A DNA stretch of 32,000 bases from positions 330,001-362,000 of the forward strand of contig JBEKXS010000001.1 of NCBI GenBank assembly GCA_049511795.1. The letters run 5' to 3'. Below are positions 1 through 7,598 of the stretch, piece after piece. The stretch is from Candidatus Saccharimonadota bacterium (GTDB lineage Archaea; Nanobdellota; Nanobdellia; Pacearchaeales; GW2011-AR1). Numbering within the stretch: position 1 is the stretch's first letter; the number at the start of each line of letters is the position of its first letter. The notes beneath the pieces are model-generated. The model had not been told where the DNA came from. It worked only from the letters and a program-made list of their open reading frames with translations, and did no database searches. Position numbers and translations under genes: made by a program.

Positions 1-422
1 ATGTAACCTGGCTTAGAAATCTAGTTGAAAATGGTTTTCCTGGTGTAAATGTACTATTAGTTGGTGTAAGAGCTCTGGAAAGCCAAGAAATTGAATTTTT
101 GAATAAAAACAAGATAAGAAATATTAACATTAACCAATTGATGAACAATTTGGATGATACATGCGATACTATAATGGAATTTTCTTATGGAAAAGAGCTT
201 TACCTTTCAATTGATCTTGGAATTGTTGACCCTGTATTTGTACCTGCAACAACTTTTCAGGATTCTGGCGGGCTTAGTTCTAGGCAAATCATTTATCTTA
301 TTCAAAGAATAAACAAAATAAAGAACCTTAAGGCAGTTGATTTGGTTGAAATAAATCCTGAAAAAGAAGGTGGAGATGTTACTGTTAGATTAGGGGCAAA
401 AATTCTTTCTGAGCTACTTTAA
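1..422 (+). CDS. Ureohydrolase (arginase/agmatinase) family protein, C-terminal part; 5' end lies outside the window
   Basis: The frame is open from nt 3 with no stop before the listed TTG at 99, so the ORF is cut by the window edge. C-terminal AVDLVEINPEKEGGDVTVRLGAKIL resembles the conserved ureohydrolase C-terminal segment. Family call from motif memory only. Confidence 0.6.
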   Translation, partial: VTWLRNLVENGFPGVNVLLVGVRALESQEIEFLNKNKIRNININQLMNNLDDTCDTIMEFSYGKELYLSIDLGIVDPVFVPATTFQDSGGLSSRQIIYLIQRINKIKNLKAVDLVEINPEKEGGDVTVRLGAKILSELL

Positions 423-461
423 ATTAGTATAATTTATAAATTTCATTTATTTTTTTCCTTT

Positions 462-1085
462 ATGAACAAAAAACTTTTGATGCTGATTTTTTCAGACCTT
501 TTCATATTAAGCGGCTTTGGATTAATTAGCCCTATTTTTGCAGTATACCTAAATAGTGATCTTGTAGGAGGAAGTTTAGTTGCAATAGGATTGGCATCAG
601 CAATTTTTCTTATTGTAAAATGTGCAATACAATTGCCTTTATCAAAATACTTTATTGACAAGCACGACCATAAATCTGTCTTTGTTGTTGTTGGAACAAT
701 TTTGATTGTCAGTGTTCCCTTTATTTATATGTTTGCTAAAAATATTAGTACAATATATATTGCTCAGGCAATTTATGGTGTTGGTGCCGCACTTGACTAT
801 CCTGCATGGTTCAGCTTGTTCACAATATATATGGACAAAAAACATAGAGGATATGAATACACTGTTTATACCACTTTGATAGGAATAGGAACAGCCTTCG
901 CGGCTTATTTCGGAGCAAATATAGCTGCTTTGCTTGGTTTTAAAACACTTTTTTTAGTTGTCGGAATAGTTTCATTCATAGGTTTATTATTCCTAATTGC
1001 CCTTTATCAAATGGAATTACATAAGGCACGTTCAGGTCTTTTCCCAAATCATCCTTTCAATAAACTGACAAAATGGGTTTTTTAA
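462..1085 (+). CDS. Six-helix membrane protein resembling one half of an MFS transporter
   Basis: 207 aa with about six hydrophobic spans. The basic loop LSKYFIDKHDHKS after helix 2 sits where MFS motif A lies. Overlaps the next gene by 13 nt. Confidence 0.4.
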   Translation: MNKKLLMLIFSDLFILSGFGLISPIFAVYLNSDLVGGSLVAIGLASAIFLIVKCAIQLPLSKYFIDKHDHKSVFVVVGTILIVSVPFIYMFAKNISTIYIAQAIYGVGAALDYPAWFSLFTIYMDKKHRGYEYTVYTTLIGIGTAFAAYFGANIAALLGFKTLFLVVGIVSFIGLLFLIALYQMELHKARSGLFPNHPFNKLTKWVF

Positions 1086-1606
1086 GAGCATTTATTTCTG
1101 TTGATATTCCTGAAAATATCTTAAAAGAGATTGAAAAAATCCAGAAAAAACTACCTGCCTTTGAAGGAAAAATAACTGAATTAGAGAATTTGCACTTGAC
1201 ATTGAAATTTCTTGGAAATGTTGATGAAAAAATTCTAATTGAAGTAAAAAGAAGGCTTAAAGAAATTAAATATAAGAAATTCGAAGCAAAAATCTCCGAG
1301 ATTGGAGTTTTTTCGCCTTCTTACGTAAAAATAGTATGGGTTAAATTAGATAACTGCTATGATCTCCAAAGAATTATTGATGAAAAATTAGAAGATATTT
1401 TCAAAAAAGAAGAAAGATTTATGGGCCATATAACAATTGCACGTGTTAAATACATTAAAAACAAGAAATATTTTTTAGGGGAGCTGAAAAAAACAGAAAT
1501 TCCTGATGGATTAAAATTTAAAGTCAAAAACTTTAAACTTAAGAAATCAGAACTTAAACCAGAAGGACCCATTCATAAAATTATTGAAGAATATAGGCTA
1601 GAATAA
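1073..1606 (+). CDS. thpR: RNA 2',3'-cyclic phosphodiesterase / 2'-5' RNA ligase (LigT/ThpR, 2H phosphoesterase)
   Basis: Two H-x-T-x motifs at the expected spacing (HLTLKF and HITIAR); 177 aa. Confidence 0.8.
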   Translation: MGFLRAFISVDIPENILKEIEKIQKKLPAFEGKITELENLHLTLKFLGNVDEKILIEVKRRLKEIKYKKFEAKISEIGVFSPSYVKIVWVKLDNCYDLQRIIDEKLEDIFKKEERFMGHITIARVKYIKNKKYFLGELKKTEIPDGLKFKVKNFKLKKSELKPEGPIHKIIEEYRLE

Positions 1607-1615
1607 AAAATAAGA

Positions 1616-2308
1616 TTAATATTTACTGTTTATTATCCTAATAAAATTTTCTGATTTTTTCCCAAGCTCTTCTTTTAATTCTTCTTCGGGCAGATTCATT
1701 ATTTCCTTTATTGTCTTGAATTTTTTAAGAAGTTTTCTTGCTGTTTTTGGGCCTATTCCTGGAAATCCTTCAAGGATATACTGCATTTGCTCCTTCTTGT
1801 TGCGGAATTTTTTTGTCACATTTAAAGGAGATTCCCGCGGTTTCTTCTTTGCAAGGACAGAAATGAATTTTGCTGTATCTTCATAGTTTTTAGTAAAAAC
1901 TATCGGTGTTTTGTAATTAAGGAGAATTGAAAGAAGGAAACCACGAATAGAATTAGGATGCATTCCAATTCTTTCTTCTGGCCCGTCATCTGAATAAAGC
2001 TCCTGCTCATCAATACCTTCGATAATTAACAAGCGGGATTCATACTGCTTTAATTCTTCTAACTGATTTACTAAACGTCCAGATTTCATTGAATTTATGA
2101 AATCAGAAACTGTTTTTCTTTCAATAGCAACTCCTGCAACAATATAATCTGCAACTTTCAGCTCTTTTACTTCTGAATCAACTCCTAACGATACAAGCTC
2201 TGAAATAATTAATGAACTTTTTTCTCTGTAATCTGCTTGTATTCTTGGTTTTTCAATTATTCTTTCTTTAGGTGTTTTTCTCAGGAAAATATTTAGTATT
2301 TCTTTCAT
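1616..2308 (-). CDS. XPF/ERCC4-type nuclease domain plus (HhH)2, the nuclease half of Hef
   Basis: ERCC4 signature VADYIV..GVAIERKTVSDF..SGRLVNQ, then the GFPGIGPKTARKLL helix-hairpin-helix. Its ATG lies in frame, one codon after the stop of the helicase ORF. Confidence 0.85.
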   Translation of the reverse strand: MKEILNIFLRKTPKERIIEKPRIQADYREKSSLIISELVSLGVDSEVKELKVADYIVAGVAIERKTVSDFINSMKSGRLVNQLEELKQYESRLLIIEGIDEQELYSDDGPEERIGMHPNSIRGFLLSILLNYKTPIVFTKNYEDTAKFISVLAKKKPRESPLNVTKKFRNKKEQMQYILEGFPGIGPKTARKLLKKFKTIKEIMNLPEEELKEELGKKSENFIRIINSKY

Positions 2309-2311
2309 TTT

Positions 2312-3871
2312 TTATTTTAGAGTTTTCTGAAAATCTTGCTTTTGTTTTTCATTAAGACCTTCTTTGATTGAGTTTATTGCAGTGCTCATTTTTCTTTCTT
2401 TTGCCCTTGAACTATAAAAATAGGCTTCATCCCTTGTTTTTCTCGTTATTAACATTATAACTTTTCCTTTCATTAATCTTGCTGTACGTCCAGCTCGCTG
2501 AATAGCCCTTATTGCAGAAGGAACAGGCTCATAAAAAATAACAACATTGACTTCTGGAATGTCAAGCCCCTCCTCGCCTATGCTTGTTGCACATATGATA
2601 TTAATTTTCCTTTCTGAAAACTCTTCTATTATTTTCTTTTGCTCTTTTTGTGTTAATCCAGATATTCCTTCTTTACTCACTTTTTTTGCCTGACCAACAA
2701 AAACTTTGGATTTTACTTCAGGAATAGTATTTAACATTTTACAAAGAATTCTTGCTGTTTCTCTGAACTGGGAGAAAACAATTATCTTAACTTTTTCATT
2801 TTCCCTGAATTCTTTTTCAACAATTTCGTGGAGAGCCTGAATTTTTGGATGTTCATGACCTCTGGCCAAAAGTTCCTCTGAATTAATCAAAGCAAAATTA
2901 AATTCCGGTTTTGAAACAAGCCTCATTACTCCTTTATTTTGTTTTTTTGCAGCCTGGCTATAAAGTTCTTTCATATACTTATTGAATCCATACATTGTCT
3001 GAGTTTCAAGAAGTTCCATAGCATGCTGAAGCTTTACTGCCTGAGCGCATGCGCTTGATGCAAGAAGAGTATTAAAATTTTTATTCCCCTGAGAAATCAT
3101 AAACATTAATTTTTTCTGCAGCTTTATTAGCTCTGTTTTTGTAGGAGCACCAAAGAAGACTTTCCTGTTTCTCAGCTCATCTACATATGAATGGAAGAGT
3201 CTTAGGAGAGCTTCGCGTACTTCCTGGAATTTTTTGGGTAAGTCAAGAACAATTTTCTCAAACTTAAGTTCCTGAAGATAAGGAGCTACATCAGCACTGT
3301 CCCTGTTTCTTAATTCAACTTCTTCTATTGAAAGATTTTTGCAAATGTCCTTTATTTTTGATGCTTCACTTCCTGGAGAAGCTGTCAGACCAAGAATTCT
3401 TGGATGTTTTGCTGTATCCATGTATTTTCTTGCAAGATAGTTATATGAATAATTTTGAACACAGCGATGAGCCTCATCTTCTATTAAAAGACAAACATCA
3501 TCTAAATTGTAAAGCCCATTGCTTACATCATTTGCAACACATTGGGGCGTTGAGAAAATTATATCTGCATAACCCCAGATTTTCTGCCTGTTTTCTGGAG
3601 AAACTTCTCCAGTGAATAGTTCAAGAGAACCAAAAAGTTCTGAAAGGTTGCTTTTGAAATATAAAAGATGTTGTTCTGCAAGAGGTTTTGTAGGAGCCAG
3701 AAAAACAACTTTTTCACCTGGAAATTTTTTTATCCTTTCAACAGTAAGCATTAGTGCAATAAGAGTTTTTCCCAAACCTGTAGGAAGAACAACAAGGCAG
3801 TTTTTCTGGACACATGTTTCAAATATTTTCTGCTGGTATTCTCTTGGTGTAACATTGGGCAAAAATTCCAT
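2312..3871 (-). CDS. hef: Hef-type SF2 helicase (helicase half of Hef)
   Basis: Walker A LPTGLGKT, DEAH box (IEDEAHR), LTASP, and motif VI QRAGRTAR. Followed directly by the XPF nuclease ORF, as in fused euryarchaeal Hef. Confidence 0.85.
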   Translation of the reverse strand: MEFLPNVTPREYQQKIFETCVQKNCLVVLPTGLGKTLIALMLTVERIKKFPGEKVVFLAPTKPLAEQHLLYFKSNLSELFGSLELFTGEVSPENRQKIWGYADIIFSTPQCVANDVSNGLYNLDDVCLLIEDEAHRCVQNYSYNYLARKYMDTAKHPRILGLTASPGSEASKIKDICKNLSIEEVELRNRDSADVAPYLQELKFEKIVLDLPKKFQEVREALLRLFHSYVDELRNRKVFFGAPTKTELIKLQKKLMFMISQGNKNFNTLLASSACAQAVKLQHAMELLETQTMYGFNKYMKELYSQAAKKQNKGVMRLVSKPEFNFALINSEELLARGHEHPKIQALHEIVEKEFRENEKVKIIVFSQFRETARILCKMLNTIPEVKSKVFVGQAKKVSKEGISGLTQKEQKKIIEEFSERKINIICATSIGEEGLDIPEVNVVIFYEPVPSAIRAIQRAGRTARLMKGKVIMLITRKTRDEAYFYSSRAKERKMSTAINSIKEGLNEKQKQDFQKTLK

Positions 3872-3943
3872 TTTGAGTGAAAACTTTGAGCATTATTAAA
3901 CATTATTCTTGTTAAATTAGACACAAAGAAAAAATAATTTTAT

Positions 3944-4567
3944 TTATGTCAAGAAAAAGACGTAACCAACACCAATCAGGACAAGTGTTGCTAGGAAGCT
4001 CCACAATACAGTGTTTCCAAAGAAAATCTTGTTTCCATCAAGCTCTGATATAGGAAGCATATTAAAGAAAGCATAGAATATGCTTAATTTTGCAAATGTT
4101 GAAAATCCAATAAGATATCCTACAACAGCTGCCACAAGAGTTATGAAAATTCCTGCTGCAGCAATCAATCCAATATGATACTCTGTCATTTCAGAGAAAG
4201 AGTAAAGACCATGCCTTTTTGCAGCTCTCGAAACTTTTGGCTTCACATCAAAGACAGTAATAGCCATCCAGAAAATATTACCCAGGGTTACAACAGCAAC
4301 CAATATTGGAATTATAATTCCCAAAGGGATGTTCATGTACGAAAACTCACCTTTTCTATATCCAGATTTTTCAAAATTCCATATTCTTGTTTCTGCTTCT
4401 GAATCAAGATAGTAAGCTGCAACTTTTTTTGCGGCAACATTTAACACAATTATAATAAAAACAGCGAGGAGAATCCCAAGAAGAGACTGAAATTTCAGAA
4501 AGTTTATTGTAACTGCAAGAACTACTGTGGCAAGAATGATTGTTCCGATTTCTCTCTTTCCTAACAT
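3944..4567 (-). CDS. M50 (site-2 protease)-like membrane protein lacking the HExxH motif
   Basis: Polytopic, 207 aa. IAAAGIFITL and FNMLPISELDGNKIF match the M50 AGP..N and N..P...LDG regions. The position of HExxH reads LNVAAKKVAAY. Confidence 0.45.
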   Translation of the reverse strand: MLGKREIGTIILATVVLAVTINFLKFQSLLGILLAVFIIIVLNVAAKKVAAYYLDSEAETRIWNFEKSGYRKGEFSYMNIPLGIIIPILVAVVTLGNIFWMAITVFDVKPKVSRAAKRHGLYSFSEMTEYHIGLIAAAGIFITLVAAVVGYLIGFSTFAKLSIFYAFFNMLPISELDGNKIFFGNTVLWSFLATLVLIGVGYVFFLT

Positions 4568-4674
4568 AGTTATAACACGAAATATTTTTTTATAAAGTTT
4601 GTTATTTTACGCTTTTACTCATCTTTTTCTCGTTTTTTGATGGTTTTTCTAATATACAGTAAAACGTAGAAAAG

Positions 4675-4684
4675 TATTTAAATA
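4675..4684 (+). promoter_or_regulatory. TATA box (TATTTAAATA) about 24 nt upstream of the ATG at 4704
   Basis: A/T box at the archaeal TATA-to-start distance measured to the ATG itself, implying a leaderless mRNA. Confidence 0.4.
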
Positions 4685-4703
4685 ACTCTTAATAATTTTT
4701 TAT

Positions 4704-4997
4704 ATGCGAGTCAGAAAAATAACAGAGGTTATAGGTCTTAGGGCCTTCACAGATTCTGGTGAATTCTTCGGAGAAGTTGAAGAAGCAAATCTAAAAGATA
4801 ATAGAATAGATGGCTGGAGAATAAAAGTAGGTGGAAATGTTGTTTCTTTGGTTGGTGGAGCAAGAGGAGTCATAATCCCACACCAATTTGTAAAAGCAAT
4901 AAGCGATGTTTTCATCATAAACAAGACAGCTATGCCTACTTCTGGTGGAATGGAATCTGCAACAGAAATTGAAGAAGTTCCTGAAGATTTGGTATAA
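4704..4997 (+). CDS. PRC-barrel domain protein
   Basis: 97 aa. ITEVIGLRAFTDSGEFFGEVEEANLKDNRIDGWRIKV...VIIPHQFVKAISDVFII has the pattern of archaeal stand-alone PRC-barrel proteins. Confidence 0.55.
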   Translation: MRVRKITEVIGLRAFTDSGEFFGEVEEANLKDNRIDGWRIKVGGNVVSLVGGARGVIIPHQFVKAISDVFIINKTAMPTSGGMESATEIEEVPEDLV

Positions 4998-5048
4998 AAA
5001 TATTTAAATAGAGTTCTCCACTTTATAGTTTATAGGACTTAATTTGAA

Positions 5049-5546
5049 ATGGCAGCGACAACAATATTACAAAGCTCAATCTTTACTGATTTTGCATTTC
5101 CTTTTCTTCTAGTATTTTTCATACTTTTTGGAATTCTTGAAAAACTAAAGGTTTTCGGAGATGACAAGCATATGCTTAATGCAATGATTTCCTTTGTTGT
5201 TGGCTTGATTTTTGTCGCAGCTGTTTTTCCAAAGGCGATTGTCGGCAATCTGATACTTTTCCTTACTGTTGCAATTGTTGTTGTTTTCATAGCGCTTTTG
5301 CTTTGGGGATTTATGGTAGGTGAAATACCTAAAATTCCTAAAGGTCTTCAAGCAGGTTTAGGAATTGTTGTAATAATTGCAGTTGTTATTGCCGTACTTT
5401 GGGCAATGGGAATTGCTACAAATACATTTGACTTCTTATTTAATTCAAGTTGGAGCTCAAGCTTCTGGACCAACTTTGCATTTATTGCTGTTGTAATAAT
5501 TGGAATGGCTGTTGCAATTGGTGGAAGCAAAGGCGGAAGTCATTAA
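5049..5546 (+). CDS. Integral membrane protein, paralog 1 of a tandem pair
   Basis: 165 aa, multi-span. Shares FPFLLVFFILFGILEKLKVFGDDK..LNAMISFVVGL with the next gene. Confidence 0.5.
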   Translation: MAATTILQSSIFTDFAFPFLLVFFILFGILEKLKVFGDDKHMLNAMISFVVGLIFVAAVFPKAIVGNLILFLTVAIVVVFIALLLWGFMVGEIPKIPKGLQAGLGIVVIIAVVIAVLWAMGIATNTFDFLFNSSWSSSFWTNFAFIAVVIIGMAVAIGGSKGGSH

Positions 5547-5605
5547 GAAATTCTAGTTTAAAGAGAGATTTTCAAAAATACTTTTCTATACTGTAACAGA
5601 GAAAC

Positions 5606-5615
5606 ATATTTAAAG
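5606..5615 (+). promoter_or_regulatory. TATA box (ATATTTAAAG) about 25 nt upstream of the ATG at 5636
   Basis: Same box and spacing as at 4675 and 25651. Supports the ATG at 5636 over the listed TTG at 5621. Confidence 0.4.
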
Positions 5616-5635
5616 AATATTTGATAAAATGTAAT

Positions 5636-6193
5636 ATGTTTGTGCATATTTTAAGTCTTCAGTTTGCAGGATTTTTTGGAGGCGATATCGGAAATCTTCT
5701 TGCTACATGGGAACAAGCAGGAGTTTTCAGTTATGTATTACCATTCTTGTTGATTTTCGCAGTTGTTTTTGGAATTCTTATGAAGATAAAAGTCTTTGGA
5801 GAAAACAGGGGGATAAATGCAGTCATTGCACTTGTCGTAGGACTTCTTTCACTCCAATTCCAATTAGTTCCTGTATTTTTCTCAGAAATCTTTCCTCAGC
5901 TTGGCGTAGGACTTTCTGTTCTGCTGGCTTTGATAATACTTACAGGATTGTTCTTTAGTTCAGAGGAAAATAAAGTTGTTAATTACCTTCTTTTGGCAGT
6001 TGCAGTAATTATCTTCCTGATTGTTATATACAATACAGCTACAAATCTTGGATTTTATTCAGGATACTGGTGGAGTGCGAATTGGCAATGGGTTATACTT
6101 GTTGCAGCAGTTATTGGTATTTTGGCAGCTGTTATAACTTCTGGAGCACCAAAAAAAGAAATGCCCCCAATTAAGCTTAATTGGGGCAAATAA
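5636..6193 (+). CDS. Integral membrane protein, paralog 2 of a tandem pair
   Basis: LPFLLIFAVVFGILMKIKVFGENRGINAVIALVVGL aligns with the preceding gene, and both have a W-rich C-terminal helix. Start moved to the ATG at 5636. Confidence 0.5.
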   Translation: MFVHILSLQFAGFFGGDIGNLLATWEQAGVFSYVLPFLLIFAVVFGILMKIKVFGENRGINAVIALVVGLLSLQFQLVPVFFSEIFPQLGVGLSVLLALIILTGLFFSSEENKVVNYLLLAVAVIIFLIVIYNTATNLGFYSGYWWSANWQWVILVAAVIGILAAVITSGAPKKEMPPIKLNWGK

Positions 6194-6229
6194 AATTCTT
6201 AGAATTTTATAATTAAGATTTAAAATTAT

Positions 6230-7099
6230 TTATCTTCTCGAAATTTTTTTTATTGTCTTCTTTGATTTTTGCACAAGAATATTTCCTTTATTATCTTCTT
6301 CTCTTTGTATTGGTTGTTGAACAGGTGCTGGTTGTTGCTGCCTGAACACCGGTCTTTTTTCCTCTGCCCTATCTGCTAAATTATTAACAACTTTTCCAAA
6401 TGAATCCTGCATCATTCCCATTTCCTTTTTAATAGATTCAAGTCCATCGCCGTAACCTTCAACCTTGTCAAGAATTGATGACTGAAGGCTGTCAATTATG
6501 CTTTCTATTTTTTTCAGCCTTTCTGAAATGTAATCCACTTTTGACTGAGTAAGAACCTTGAACTCATTCATCTCATCAATTTTTTTCTGTATTGGCTTGT
6601 TTTTTTCAGAGAAAACCTGCTCTGCAACTTCCATCATTGTGTCTGTATCAGGAGCTGCCATTGGTGCATAACCATAACCCTGTTGCTGCGACTGGTCTTG
6701 CATTTCAGGATATTGCTGATATTGCTGTTGTGGATAAAAAGCATTTTGGGGTTCATACATGTCTTCTCCAGGAATTTCTTTTGTTATTTTTGCAGGCATT
6801 CCCATCATTGGCCTACCATATCCCATTCCAGGACTTGGAGGAGTGAGATCTGCATCAGTTATGTCTCCTTCTGTTGGAAGCCTGTCTGGTTCATCTTCGT
6901 TGCCAAGAATTGAATGTTCCATACCCTCTGTCGAGTCTCCTTGCTCATCAAGATTTGAAACAGCGCTTTTTATCTGTGCTCTGCTTAGGGCGTCTGTTAT
7001 GTCTGCGGGAGCGAGGCCTTGTTCTGTAAGCTTTTGAATTATTTCTTGATCAGACACACCTTTATTTTTTAAATCAACAACCTGATCTAAAGCACCCAT
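6230..7099 (-). CDS. Hypothetical protein: small N-terminal helical domain, Q/P/M/Y-rich disordered linker, C-terminal coiled coil
   Basis: 289 aa. N-terminus is VDLKNKGVSDQEIIQKLTEQGLAPADITDALSRAQ. The central region is EPQNAFYPQQQYQQYPEMQDQSQQQGYGYAP. The C-terminal part has heptad-like repeats (IDEMNEFKVLTQSKVDYISERLKKIESIIDSLQSSILDKV). Confidence 0.5.
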   Translation of the reverse strand: MGALDQVVDLKNKGVSDQEIIQKLTEQGLAPADITDALSRAQIKSAVSNLDEQGDSTEGMEHSILGNEDEPDRLPTEGDITDADLTPPSPGMGYGRPMMGMPAKITKEIPGEDMYEPQNAFYPQQQYQQYPEMQDQSQQQGYGYAPMAAPDTDTMMEVAEQVFSEKNKPIQKKIDEMNEFKVLTQSKVDYISERLKKIESIIDSLQSSILDKVEGYGDGLESIKKEMGMMQDSFGKVVNNLADRAEEKRPVFRQQQPAPVQQPIQREEDNKGNILVQKSKKTIKKISRR

Positions 7100-7155
7100 T
7101 TTTATTTTTTATTTTACCCCTTTTTATTTTGTTTTTCTTGTACTATCTCATTTAA

Positions 7156-7500
7156 TCAATCTTTTAATTTTTTTAAATCTTTTTTTCTTACAAATTCCAA
7201 AGGCTGGAACATTTTTGCCTGTTTTGTAAGTAGTTCAAGGTCCTCTTTTCTTGCAAATTTTGAAAATTCAGCAGATGCGCTTTCAAGGAAGGCTATCAAT
7301 CTTTCCATATTTCTTTTTATTTCCTCTAATTCTTTTTTTATTTCAAGAATGTCTGAAGATGTTTTTTCCTTTGTTTCAATAAGATTTTGGCCTATAAGAA
7401 GAATCCTTTCCCTAAGCATTTTCTGTTTTTCCTCCATGTCCCTGAATCTCATGCTTATGTCTGCCAAAAAAGAATCATTATTTTGCTGGATTTCTGCCAT
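7156..7500 (-). CDS. Coiled-coil protein of unknown function
   Basis: Start moved to the ATG at 7500 (MAEIQQNN...). The listed start at 7566 leaves only 32 nt for two divergent promoters. An AAATTTAAAC box lies about 25 nt upstream of 7500 on the minus strand. Confidence 0.45.
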   Translation of the reverse strand: MAEIQQNNDSFLADISMRFRDMEEKQKMLRERILLIGQNLIETKEKTSSDILEIKKELEEIKRNMERLIAFLESASAEFSKFARKEDLELLTKQAKMFQPLEFVRKKDLKKLKD

Positions 7501-7598
7501 ATTTAGAAGAGCACGAATTGGTTTAAATTTGTTGTGTTTATCGATATATTCGTGTGTAATATACAAAGAATTTTAAACATCTCAAGCTTTTTTTTGAA

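Noticed and set aside
2309-2314. Stop-codon reassignment or read-through of the TAA within Hef
   Set aside because: TAA terminates most well-defined genes in this window, including radA, the C5-MTase and the ATPase, so reassignment is not supported. An ATG follows one codon later, consistent with a genuine split.
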